A DNA stretch of 64,000 bases from Paraphysomonas bandaiensis (taxonomy: Eukaryota > Protista > Chrysophyceae), in NCBI GenBank assembly GCA_965644295.1, contig CBFFRP010000436.1, positions 25,160-89,159 on the forward strand. The letters are read 5' to 3'. This document shows positions 36,018 to 48,799 of the stretch, piece after piece. The notes beneath the pieces were generated by a model that was not told the origin of the DNA, ran no database searches, and saw only the letters and a program-made list of their open reading frames with translations. Each line of letters starts with the position of its first letter. Within the stretch, counting starts at the first letter, position 1. The translations under genes and the position numbers were made by a program.

Positions 36018-36281
36018 ACATTAGACAACAATGTTAATAATCTGAGATGGGCCACGCGGTCGGAGAATAATTATAACCCAAAGTTAAGCACAGCAAATAA
36101 ATCTGGAGTAAAAGGCGTATGTTATCACAAAAGAGATAAGAAATGGAGAGCGCAAATAACATTAGACGGCATTAAAATTCATCTTGGAAACTTCTCCACA
36201 ATAGAAGAAGCAAAACAAGCAAGAATAAAAAGAGCGAATAAAGCCTTTGGGGTTTTCATAAATGCTTGTGAAAGAGAATAA
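36018..36281 (+). pseudogene. 3' fragment of an HNH-AP2 homing-endonuclease-like gene
   Basis: LDNNVNNLRWATRSEN (end of HNH) followed by NKSGVKGV.YHKRDKKWRAQI...GIKIHLG.F...EEA..AR (AP2 domain). Confidence 0.85.
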
Positions 36282-36565
36282 GAAACTCTCGAGAGAGATA
36301 GCCCCAATGAAATGGGGTTGGGGTTAAAAAAAGGGCTTGCCTCTTTGTTTTTTTCACAAGAATACTACTACAGCTGTATTGAGAGCACAGAAACGTAGAG
36401 TACACGGAAGTTATATTTATAACATGATGTGTCGCTTCGACACATTTTTCTACATAGAGAAAGAAAGATGGTACAACAGCCAATACATATCGGGATTCGA
36501 AATTATTTTCTTATTACAGTCAAATGGAAACCCACAGAAGTACTATTTATGCGTACAAAGAAAGC

Positions 36566-37143
36566 TTAAGCATTGGTGATTCTGGTGTATATCATCTGTT
36601 TGTGATGCTTCTCTACCAGAGCAATCTTTCCTTCCTGCAGTACATATTAATGAAATCATTATAAAATACTTCGTCAACATACCGCCTCCAGACTGCGCAG
36701 GGCAGCTCTTGCAAGGGAACCATTGATCTTGAGGCGCTCAATAAGGCCAGATGGAGTGATGAGTTTCATCTAATAGATTATATGAGATCTGTATGTACTG
36801 TATGTCTGTATATGTACAGGTGTAGTGTATGTATATGTGGAGGTGTGTACAGGTGTGTGTATGGTACCTTAGGGACCTCAGCAAGGAACCTGTTCCAACT
36901 GTCTTCATCAAACAACACTTTCGCATTGATCTTCTCCCTCATCTTACCCTTATTCCACTTCTACTCATAATATTCTATGAGTTATATGGGTATATATATA
37001 TAATGAGTGTGTAACCTTCTTCTTGGATCTAGCACCAGCCAAAGCGGCTGCGAGCTTTTGCTCTTTAGTCTTCTGTTGCACTTTTGGTCCCTAATATACA
37101 TTTCATTATATTATATTATCTTATTATCTACTCATCTTACCAT
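36566..37143 (-). CDS. RPS25: 40S ribosomal protein S25 (exons 37143-37141, 37090-37016, 36960-36868, 36769-36683, 36634-36566)
   Basis: Spliced at GT-AG sites it reads MGPKVQQKTKEQKLAAALAGARSKKKKWNKGKMREKINAKVLFD...[51 protein letters not shown]. Absent from the ORF track. Confidence 0.93.
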
Positions 37144-37374
37144 CTTGACTGTGACTGAGTTAAGCTACCATCTATATATATATATATAGACCATACGTAC
37201 ATACATACCATACATACCATACATATATATACATATAGAGTTACATGTTTATAGACCATAAAATATGAATATCTTCAATAGACAAGAAATGAAAATAAAC
37301 TGAAATATTGTTGGAATGGGGTGGAGTATACCTGTTGTATATGGATACCGTCCAACTAGCACGGTCATCTCAAC

Positions 37375-37665
37375 AACCCGTTCATTACATACGGCCGGTC
37401 CGCTGTTTACACCCCATATTACATATGAACATCCCGTTCATTACATACGGCCGGTCCGCTGTTTACACCCCACATTCCATATGCACATCCCGTTCATTAC
37501 ATACGGTCCGCTGTTTACACCCCACATTACATATGGACATACACACGGTCCGTTCATTGCATACGGTCCGTTCATTACATACGGTCCGCTGTTTACACCC
37601 CATGTTACATATGCACATACACACGGTCCGTTCATTGTATACGGTCCGTTCATTGCATACGGTTA
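37375..37665. repeat. Minisatellite built from CCGTTCATTACATACGG / CCGCTGTTTACACCCCA modules
   Basis: About 4-5 variable units between the divergent RPS25 and ABHD17 starts. Confidence 0.85.
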
Positions 37666-37935
37666 CAAGGATGCAGATATGGAGATACTAGTCGATGTAT
37701 TGCACGTCCATAGCATATGCACATATCTAGAGACACCAACTCCAATATGGAATAATAAAAATATATATATGCATCTCATGTATCACATGACAATATCCCT
37801 CCACTCTGTGGTTTGGAAACACATCATACTTACTAATATCTCTTAATACCTTTGCAAGTGAGCTAATGCATTCTACTTATCTTTATAGTCAATAGATACA
37901 TACGATAAATCTTATAAATCGATATATTTTCATAT

Positions 37936-39126
37936 ATGGGAGGTGTATTAGGACATCTTGGTGAGTGTTATTGTATATTATATATACTCACTTGCACTTA
38001 CTGTTTATATGTATATATTAGTGTGTCTATTCTGTAAGAGCGGATGCAGAGGGTCGGCTGTGGCATCTGCATTGGCGTAAGTATAAAATTGCTAATTATA
38101 ATAATTTTTTATTCATATATTACAGATTTCATCCACCCGATTCGATGTATGATATTCATGAGAACAAATCTACTGGGGAGTACTCCATTGAACTGTGCAA
38201 TACTCTTCCTCGCAGTAAGTTTAAAGGCGTTGAGGTTGACGTTGTAACCACCAAGTCGAAGACGGCTGTACCAGTACTATTATTCCGAATACCTGATGCC
38301 AAATATACAATTCTATATAGTCATGGAAATGCAACAGACTGTGGTGCTATGTATGCATATTACGTTCACTTGGCGCAATCTCTTGGAGTTAATGTCGTGG
38401 GGTATGACTACACGGGTTACGGCCCGTATGATGGTCTGCCGAATGAACGGCAGACATACAAGGATATAGAGGCTGTCTATGCATGGGTCTGCGAACGAGT
38501 CTGTCCCAAACCAAGTGAACAATTGATTCTTTATGGGCAGAGTGTAGGAAGTGGTCCGAGCTGTTATCTGGCTTCACGACAGCCCACTGCTGGACTAGTT
38601 CTGCATTCGCCCATCTTATCAGGAGTACGGGTGCTGACCTCATCCAGACTGCTCGCATGTTGTGATATTTTCCCAAATATTGATAGGATAAAGAGGGTGC
38701 GCTGTCCCGTACTGATAATACATGGGCTGGTGAGTGTAAGAGTAGATGTGTCGTATGTTGGTGTAGGGTATCAATTTTGTGATATTGCGTAATAGATAGT
38801 TGCTCTGCGAAAGTAATTCGTTGTCGTTTGTACAGGAGGACGAAGAGGTTCCTGTAGGGCATGGCCGAGGATTATATGAAGCTGGTATACAACCCCACAT
38901 GTTTTTACTATCGGTTGCAGTGCATATATGTGATATTTTCCAACCTGTCTATTGCTGAAAATGTTTCCATCTGACGAATTCTTTAACAGTGCCGGTACAA
39001 TACAAACGTGACCCATGGTGGGTGGCGCAACGGGGTCACAATAACGTACTCGATGGGAATGAAGTTGAATATATCACGCGGCTAGCAACGTTTCTGGGTC
39101 AGTTGAAGCCACTGGAAAAGACATAA
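37936..39126 (+). CDS. ABHD17-like alpha/beta hydrolase (depalmitoylase), spliced
   Basis: Cys-rich N-terminus, AFHPP, ILYSHGNATDCG, YDYTGYG, LYGQSVGSGPS, IIHG..DEEVP..HG, GHN; four GT-AG introns. Confidence 0.9.
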
Positions 39127-39842
39127 ATAGTGAAGAGTAGAGTGATGGTATTGATATCACCTCTATATGCGTTATGAGATTTTCAGCGCCACAAGCTCTA
39201 ATGCTGACCCTGCGTGCACTAAATGTTTCATCGCGTACGTTACGTATGAAATTTTGATATCTCTGTTTTTTTGGTGTGTATCAATTTGTGTGCTAATATA
39301 TCTAATATCTAATATATATGGAAGATTAAGATTTTGAACTTAAATTTAGGACATGCGAGTTTTTTTCGCTGTAATGTATAGCTTATTATATATTAGCCAC
39401 CCCTACTGTCCTCGAGCTCATGTTATGTGGATCGTGGTACTTATTATCATGGGTGAATGCTTATGAATAGGATAAGCTCTGCACAATCTTTGTCAGGGGA
39501 TGAGAAAGCAAACACGGCCTTGCTAGAAACTCCGCAAATTAGATACATAGGTTCACTCTTCTAAGTAGAATTAACTATTATTAATTATATGAAGAACATT
39601 GCTTCATGATTAGCAGCCATAAGTAGACGTATGACTCCTCCTGTATAGAGCTACCTCCCGAAGAATAACGGGAATAACAAGTAATTGGATTGGAACGCTA
39701 TTGGCATTGGTCCAATGTCCTCAAGTTCGGAGTCAGTTTCCTTGAAGGTGCAAGGGCTACTGACACTATGAAAGGCTGGTTGATTGTAATATCCATTACC
39801 GAATTACTGTACACTGGTTGGGTAAGTGATTATAATTACTAC

Positions 39843-40763
39843 ATACTATATATTACTACAGTCTAAGTTAGTTTTCTTATGACATGAGTGTTGCTGACAA
39901 TTCATAATATAACTTAAGTACGATAAACATACGATACTATAAAACAGATTTAGTCTAAGTCAGTTTTCTTATGACATGAGTGTTGCTGACAATTCATAAT
40001 ATAACTTAAGTACGATAAACATACGATACTATAAAACAGATTTTATGGAAAACAGCACCATCTACAATAAACAGTGGGTTTGAGTTAAACAGATAGGTAA
40101 ACCGGGAGAGGTGGAAGACTGCTTGATGAGTGCACCATGGATAAGCCACGTGGAGTTGGTTTGTGTGGTCGCTAAGATATAGCCCTGTCGTACAAGGGAG
40201 AGGGGTCGATAGAGAACAGAGGTGTTAAAGAATGAACGAGTGAGCCGTTTTCGGGTGCCTACCCGCACGAGCCATGCGACGCGTGGTTGTAGCCGTAGAG
40301 GTCGGTGTGCTAGACGGATGCGTCTACTAGGGTGATGTCCTATAGGAGCTGACAGCGCTGCATTGGTGCAGGCACGTGGTTTAACTGAAGGACTTAGGTA
40401 AGAAGGTAATTGCAAGGCCAAGTTTTGGAGCTGGGAACATGTACAACATGGTAAGACAAGATATTTGTCGGAAATGTGGTGGTGTGATACAAAATGCAGC
40501 CGCGCTTGGGGAAAAGAGGACAATCTGAGCCTGGACACAGCAGCGGTCTCCATAGAGACATTGAGCTTAGGGCTAGCGAAAAGGGTGTAACGCTTTGTCG
40601 GACTGTATTTTCACTCGGATCAAAGCAGAATTTTATATACTATATATTACTACAGTCTAAGTTAGTTTTCTTATGACATGAGTGTCGCTGACAATTCATA
40701 ATATAACTTAAGTACGATAAACATACGATACTATAAAACAGATTTTATGAAAAACAGCACCAT
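39843..40763. repeat. Three direct copies of a ~110-145 bp unit, the last two flanking a ~550-bp more GC-rich insert
   Basis: AGTCTAAGT(T/C)AGTTTTCTTATGACATGAGTGT...AAAACAGATTT at ~39860, ~39952 and ~40633. Confidence 0.85.
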
Positions 40764-41280
40764 TAACTACAATTTGAGTTTCTCAATCTCGGTTCACACG
40801 AATTGCGGCATGTCCTGTAGCAGCTTTACTAGGCTGCAGATGCAGGGATGAGATATTATTCTGCAGCGAGGCCTTGTGAATCTGCGAAGCATAATTTCGC
40901 TGCATTTCCCCAAAGCCTCACTGCAGGGCTGATATATCGCTCTTCATATTCCTAAACTAAATCCAATATATAAACCTGAATCTGATATTGAGGTAGCGGC
41001 ATTCATCCTCATCCAACAACAAGTACTGTTTATGAGTGCTGCTGATTTCTCATTACTACTACTGCTGTAATCAGCTTATCAGACTCTCTCACAGACACAA
41101 AAAAATCTATTACATTATCATCTTACTGTTTGATATGTATTATTTAACAGCACGCGGTAGCTGATTCCAGTCGTTATTAGGCACCTTATTGAACAAGACG
41201 ACGATCTGGTATGTATGAAGAAGAAGAGCAGTCGAAGGTCAACAGTCAACTTAAATCAGTCAGAATTATTATCTGTTCTG

Positions 41281-44200
41281 CTAAAATTCATGCTCATCAA
41301 TATTCTGAAAGGTACTATGTGCTGCGTCGTAAATTTCCGATTCACAATTGCCACTACACTCCTTACTACTATCCGGGTTGTTACTTTCTAGGGAATAAGA
41401 ATTGTTGGGTATATAGATTTTAATTGCGATGTACAAACTCAACAAGAATATAGTATATACCATTAGAAGAGGGAAACCAATTGCACCTCTCTGATTCTCT
41501 AAATTTCCTTTTGGAGGTTCTTCAACTTGAAATTTCAACACCGCGTCCTCGTCCATAGAGAAATTAATTTTTACATACCACTCGTCATCGTCCGACCAAC
41601 GTGTACACCCGGCTATACCGACATCATATGACCCCATCAAAGCCATCCTTGCCTCTCTGTCCCCATCAATTATCTCCTCATATACGAGCAAAGATACTTT
41701 CTTTTGATCACTGCTGGCGACTCTGAATAACTTCGTGTTGGAGCATGGGATGGGTGACCCCCGTTCGAGAACGGGTTCAAAATACTTCTCTCCTCCAGTA
41801 TCATTGGATTCGACCACGATTCCAACAGCGGTAGGAAGGGCATCTATCATTAACACATCTTGAAGCACATCAGCTCCCACTCCCATTAGCAATGCACCCT
41901 TCACAGCCAAACCTTGCGCAACGCATTCATGAGGGTTTACACTGCAGCATAGCTCCCGTTCTCCTGTGGAGAAAGGCTCGATCGCTTTGCTCTGAAGTGT
42001 ACTGTAGACAGCATCACGTACACTTGGAATTAAACTGGAGCCTCCCACTAATACCACCTCGTCGATGGATGCCGAAGAATCCTTGCACCTCATTCGGTGC
42101 ATATCAATAGCTGTTCCCATAACACCTTTTACTTCCTGCAGTACTGGGGCAACTATTTCAGTAAAAGCGGCTCTGCTAACTTGTACAACTACTCCATCTA
42201 CAAAACTATCTACTCCGCTTGTTGAGGCGCCTTGAGTGAGTTCGCAGGCCGGTCGGGCGGTAAGAAGCGCGGTGGTTGGCAGAACGTCAGTATCTTCATC
42301 CCCAGGTTCACTGTCTCCAGCCACATCGCCATCGCCAGAACTGCTGCATGAATAGTTTTCTCTCCACGTTAGATCATCCCCCGCCAAGAAGGATGATGTA
42401 GTAAGACACTCAGATACACGGCGTAACAGTCTACTTTTGAGAAATGAAGGCGGTACACAAATTTCGTAGGATGATGTATCAGACAGAACTTCCTGTTATA
42501 CATATACATGAGTGCAAAAGAGAAACAGGCTCCCGCATTACATGTTAAGGTGCAATAGTACTGTCACACTACTTAAGCAGGGCAGTTTAGTACAGCAAAA
42601 ACAGTAGTAAATGAAAGATGATATACTGCGCACTATAGTGAATCAATTATATATAGGATCTAGAAGATATAATACCTTGCACTTCCTGCACATCTCGAGT
42701 AGAGCCCGTCGTATTGTTTCTACATCTTGGTCATCCATTTTTGTCATTTCTCCGTCCATGTCAGAACCAGAAGTTTTTACTGTCTTTTCTGTGGAATCCA
42801 AATACCGTAGCAATGCGCCCAGAAGATGGGAAAGGAGTAAAATGTCAATATCACGGCCTCCACACTGTAACGACAGAATATCGGTTGTGGCACAAGAGAA
42901 TCACAGGCGAAACATATATATATAGATTGCAAATATAGTACAATCAAGTACTACGCTAAAACACGGACACAATATAGCTTGCGTACAACAATAGCATTGT
43001 ATATTCATATACTCTTCCAAATCACCTGGGAATGACCCGCTGCAGCTGTTACTTCACACTGTCCTCCATTCACAACTCCCATGACCGTAGCATCAGTCGT
43101 CCCACCTCCCATATCAAACACAAGAATTCTTTTATCACCTGCGCATAGAAGACCATAACCCAATGCAGCAGCAGTACTTTCTATTAGTAAATGGATATCT
43201 GTAAATCCTGCTTCCTCGGCAGCAAGTCTTGTGGCGTTTCGCTGAGCATTTGAGAAACTGGCAGGTACACCCAAGACACAGCGAACAATATGCGTCCCAT
43301 CACTCAACGACATCCCAGGAATAGGTTTACGTCGAAGATATTCTTCCGCTTCATCTCTTATATGGGACAGAACTAAGCTAGATAGCGTACTCGGACGTAC
43401 CCCTCTCTCAGGACCTCCTCCCTCTGCAGGAAGTGCGTTTATATAGTGACATAAGGTAACATATAGGGATACATAGTAATATATAGTGACATACAGAGTC
43501 GAAAGATATATTCTAACTCACTTGGTTGGCATCGAAGTAATACACGGTCTTCATGATCAGTAGTTACTTCATTTGGAAGGAATGTATTTGAATAATTAGC
43601 TGTTAGATCTGATCCTGTTAGTCCCATATATCTCTTAAACCCACATACAACATACATATCATCTGGAGGATTGCCAATAATCACATCTTCTGAAGAAGAT
43701 TGATAAGTAACAGTAGAAGGAATAATACGACCTGTTATATATGTGTTATCTTATATATGTTACGTTATATATGTGTGTATATACGGTGTGTTATATATAT
43801 GTGTATATGCTGCATGTGTTATATATATACGGTGTGTATATGTTGCATGTGTTATATATATGTGTATATACGGTGTGTTATATATATGTGTATATGCTGC
43901 ATGTGTTATATATATGTGTATATACGGTGTGTTATATATATGTGTATATACGGTGTGTTATATATATGTGTATATGCTGCATGTGTTATATATATACAGT
44001 GTGTATATACGGTGTGTTATATATATGTGTATATGCTGCATGTGTTATATATATGTGTATATACGGTGTGTTATATATATGTGTATATACGGTGTGTTAT
44101 ATATATGTGTATATGCTGCATGTGTTATATATGTGTGTATATGCTGCATGTGTTATATATATGTGTATATACGGTGTGTTATATATGTGTATGTATACAT

Positions 44201-44418
44201 ACGTTGCTTTGATAGTTTAATAATCTTTGCACGATTTTTGTATGGATGCCATATAGAAGCACATGAATTGGATGTTCCTGTAGACAGAATACATGTCAAA
44301 TAATACAGTCGTATATGAATATCTATAGAGAACCTAAATCAATACCGATAACTGGAGTGTTATCTATGCTATGAGCAGATGTCTGCCATATATCAGACAC
44401 AGGGCTCGTTGAGGACAT
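41281..44418 (-). CDS. Atypical Hsp70-family protein, spliced, with C-terminal transmembrane segment
   Basis: VIGIDLG|TSNSC, VPASFSNAQRNAT..AA..AG, ESTAAALGYGL, VFDMGGGTTD, GHSQCGGRDID, VVLVGGSSLIP, NPHECVAQGLA. No helical lid; hydrophobic IGFPLLMVYTIFLLSLYIAIKI near the end. Confidence 0.88.
43735..44200. repeat. Intronic AT/GT minisatellite (~27-30 bp units)
   Basis: TATACGGTGTGTTATATATATGTG / TATGCTGCATGTGTTATATATATGTG repeats. Confidence 0.9.
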
Positions 44419-44559
44419 CTAGAGGGTATGGAAGGTAAAGAGGGGTACTAGAGGGATAGAATGACACCTCACAATGGGATTTAAGATATGAGTTAGATAT
44501 ATATTAGCATAGAAATTAGTGTGTATATATAGAATGAGTGTTATATATATACATATACA

Positions 44560-44566
<7 letters not shown>

Positions 44567-44595
<29 letters not shown>

Positions 44596-45605
44596 TGTAT
44601 GTATGTATGTATGTATGTATGTATGTATGTATGTATGTATGTATGTATGTATGTATGTATGTATGTATGTATGTATGTATGTATGTATGCATGCATGTAT
44701 GTATGTATGTATGTATGTATGTATGTATGTATGTATGTATGTATGTATGTATGTATGTATGTATGTATGTATGTATGTATGTATGTATGTATGTATGTAT
44801 GTATGTATGTATGTATGTATGTATGTATGTATGTATGCATGCATGTATGTATGTATGTATGTATGTATGTATGTATGTATGTATGTATGTATGTATGTAT
44901 GTATGTATGTATGTATGTATGTATGTATGTATGTATGTATGTATGTATGTATGTATGTATGTATGTATGTATGTATGCATGTATGTATGTATGTATGTAT
45001 GTATGTATGTATGTATGTATGTATGTATGTATGTATGTATGTATGTATGTATGTATGTATGTATGTATGTATGTATGTATGTATGTATGTATGTATGTAT
45101 GTATGTATGTATGTATGTATGTATGTATGTATGTATGTATGTATGTATGTATGTATGTATGTATGTATGTATGTATGTATGTATGTATGTATGTATGTAT
45201 GTATGTATGTATGTATGTATGTATGTATGTATGTATGTATGTATGTATGTATGTATGTATGTATGTATGTATGTATGTATGTATGTATGTATGTATGTAT
45301 GTATGTATGTATGTATGTATGTATGTATGTATGTATGTATGTATGTATGTATGTATGTATGTATGTATGTATGTATGTATGTATGTATGTATGTATGTAT
45401 GTATGTATGTATGTATGTATGTATGTATGTATGTATGTATGTATGTATGTATGTATGTATGTATGTATGTATGTATGTATGTATGTATGTATGTATGTAT
45501 GTATGTATGTATGTATGTATGTATGTATGTATGTATGTATGTATGTATGTATGTATGTATGTATGTATGTATGTATGTATGTATGTATGTATGTATGTAT
45601 GTATG
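44567..45605. repeat. (TATG)n microsatellite, ~1040 bp
   Basis: Direct inspection. Confidence 0.99.
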
Positions 45606-46318
45606 GTGGTGCATTGCATTGCAGTACATGTTTGGGCATTTGGTCGACTCAATTAGCGTGCTCTTATTCATCATAACGCGGAATGTATTTCTAGGGAGCC
45701 TCATCAAATCAACCTTAAAATCAGATGTGTTCGTATATCCACCACAACGGGGACTTCAGCGTCATTGTCTTCTGTGAGAACGATTACATGCGACACACTG
45801 AAGAGTGCTTGGCTGAGGTCCACTAAATTACCCCTATTCGATTATTCTTTCGTACTAAGCTTGCACACGCCATTGGAGTTTATTGGTGTAAACCGGTCAG
45901 CGTTATATGTTACGACATTTTTCAGTGTAAAACCAAATTCAATTTTCTTTTGCTACAATGGTGCACATCACAAACGCGCACTATTTTATTGTAATCTCCT
46001 TAGCAACTAGTAACACCTCACGATTTCGGGTTCTTTTTTCAGTCGTTGTATTTCCACACACGCGAAATTTGTACGACAATTGCGAACTGATAGAAGGGTC
46101 CTTCGTACTGCGATGCACACTTTTACAGTGTCTATTTTTCCATCCTGCATCTTTGGTACGCGCAAGCGCAACAAGTCTGGGCACCTAGATTAGTATCTCG
46201 ACTTCTGCACATAGAAGAAAAATGAAGGGTGTATATTTCCCTTACGTAAAATATATTTCACCAGTCCCTCAACAGCACCTTTTCGTGGTGTTCTGGAGGA
46301 AACTTACTGGGGATAAAG

Positions 46319-47126
46319 CAGGGCTAGGAAACAATATATTGAATTGCAATACATTGTACAATATATTGCAATATATTGTAAAATATATTGATTGGTCGAC
46401 CGGCCAAAAATCCCATCAATATTGTTTCTGTTAAAGTAGCTCACAATATATTGCAATATATTGCAATCAATATTATGATAGTCATATAAGAGAAGATTCT
46501 CAACTGTAGGGTGCAAAATGGATATAAATAACCGAGAAATTGATTACAGCATTACAGAGGATGATGAAGCTGATGTTGAATGTTGACTACGCAAATAAAA
46601 ATCTTCAGTCATCTCAAAAAATTTAGAAACGTACAGGTCCACGAGTCGTTAACGGTTACCAGGCCCTGGTATGTACTTCCAATACATGGGAACGTCTGTT
46701 CAGCGCAGCTAAAAATATTATTATATCAGTGTTGCGCAATAGTATCCATCCTACTTAATATGCTGTTGTTTCTGAAAGCTATTCGACAGTTGTGGCCGGA
46801 TACTAGCATATTTCGATTAATACTGTGGATGAATATGGTGATGTTGACTTCACCAATGATGGCTCAGAGGATGAGGAAGAGGCGGATTTTTATTAGCTAT
46901 AAGCAGTAGTTGGTTTCGTTGTCATGTGATCTTAATGACTAACACTAAAAGTGGAGTCTACGGATATGTTTACTTACTGATTAGTCATACTAATATATTG
47001 CAATACATTGACAATAAATTGCAATATATTGTAATTGTATTGTTGGGCCTGTTTAAAATCTCCATCAATAGTATTGATGGAGCGCTCTCAAACAATAGTA
47101 TTGCAATATATTGTTTCCTAGCCCTG
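46319..47126 (+). mobile_element. Non-autonomous hAT element with remnant of the hAT dimerisation domain
   Basis: TIR CAGGGCTAGGAAACAATATATTG and 8-bp TSD GGATAAAG (46311-46318, 47127-47134). Internal TSNTWERLFSAAK...R....P...LLFLK. Confidence 0.92.
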
Positions 47127-48799
47127 GGATAAAGGTTAGGGATACGTTACAACATATGATTTCAATTCCAACAGAGATGGTGGTTTTGGATCAACTGGTG
47201 TTTAAATAAAATGAAATTAAACAACACACGATTGAAACACACGACGTAAACCGCTGGTTCTTCGCTTACTAGGTGCAACGAGGAGGTCTGCATTAAGTCT
47301 CTCACCCCACACGTTTACCTCTCCCACATCATGCACAAGTGGAAACGCCACGGTGCAGCCTCCGCTAGCTACTTTTCTTCTACTCGTGATCCACGATATC
47401 TCCCCAATCCACTGCCTCGCCCATATTTCTCAGGCTGGGTACATTCGATTCACTATAGTACAGAATCCTGTGATTCCACAAAGTCCTGCAGCTCCCTACC
47501 CCAAGGGACGCCCCCCTTACTAACCCCATCTGCATTTCCAAGACTCACGTCCATAGAGATCATCCCTCCCTCACATACAAGAACTGAAGTGGTCGCACCT
47601 TGGTGCTTGCGGCGATGCATATGCAGCTTTTGTAGCGTTATATAATAGTAGGATATCAGAGTTTGTTCTAGTAGTTAGGTAGAGGTATAGGAATCTATTT
47701 AGTTTGACTAGTTTTCATCCAGCAACTTATCTGGTGCTGATTCTCGACGCCTATTGCATACATATAGTCAGCATATATATTGTTCTGCCTACTCGTAGCC
47801 TAGAGCTTGTGTGTACAAGGGACACTGGTAAATGTCACGTGTGTAGACGTCTCTGGGCCTTGGCGAAAAAACAGGCACCCGAGAATGGATCCACCTCAAA
47901 GGAATCCGGGGTATTGGACTGCCTGATGAAGTCAAGTATCCGAGATGTTCACCTTAAAGGACTTCAAAATCTTGAAGTCAGCAGATGTCAGGTATATATC
48001 AACATTCTGCTTGCTCACTGCGTTCGCCTTGACTGATAGAGCGAAAGTGGTTGCACCTTGGTGCTTGCGGTGATACACAAACAGCTTTCGTAGCGCTGAA
48101 TAAAGTAGGATTTCAGGGTTAATCACTGACTCTTAAACGCCTACTGCTAATAATAGTCAAACATTCATTACTAGCTTATAATCGTATATGTGCTCTATGG
48201 CATTATTTGAATGCGGTGGAAATCCACCGTCATTTTGACGACTGCGAGCGATTCTCTTGGTATCTGGGCCATTTTCAGATTCCGGAGAAATCCCGCGAAA
48301 TCTTAGCAAGGTGAACACGGATGTAGTGGCTACAACCTGCGCCAATTAATTATTACAGTGTCCTGTTAACAATACATAAAATATTTGTAGCATAATATAT
48401 TTCACATAGTGACGGACCCATACATACTTGCAAGAACAAGGATTAAAATTCTCTACTCGTAGATGCGTATGTGAATAGAATTTGAGTTAGTGAAATATAA
48501 AAATTGTCTATGCAGCATAAATTATGCATTCAAAAGCATTGATATATCGGTGCCAGCTTGTACGATAAGGATTGAAGAATTATCTACCATTTCATAGCAG
48601 TGCTTGATTTAATGCGAATCATACGACTCAAAACAAGGTATATATTTTAGTTACGTTAACATTAGAGAGTAGTTTATGAGTATATTGATTTACGTAACGA
48701 TTACTTCATTGTAATAAGGCTATTTCAATGGAGTACTCAGTACACTACAACTAAAAACAACTGTAATACAATACCAATTTTAAAATATAAAACGTTGGC

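Noticed and set aside
37375-37665. Possible CRISPR array
   Set aside because: No unique spacers, modular minisatellite structure, eukaryotic context and no cas genes.
43700-44303. Cys/Tyr/Ile-rich ORFs (also 50659-51889 and 54534-54811)
   Set aside because: Low-complexity intronic or intergenic TA/TG repeats.
45640-45710. MRLPRNTFRVMMNKSTL resembling a dCTP deaminase segment
   Set aside because: Too short, and no supporting flanking motifs.
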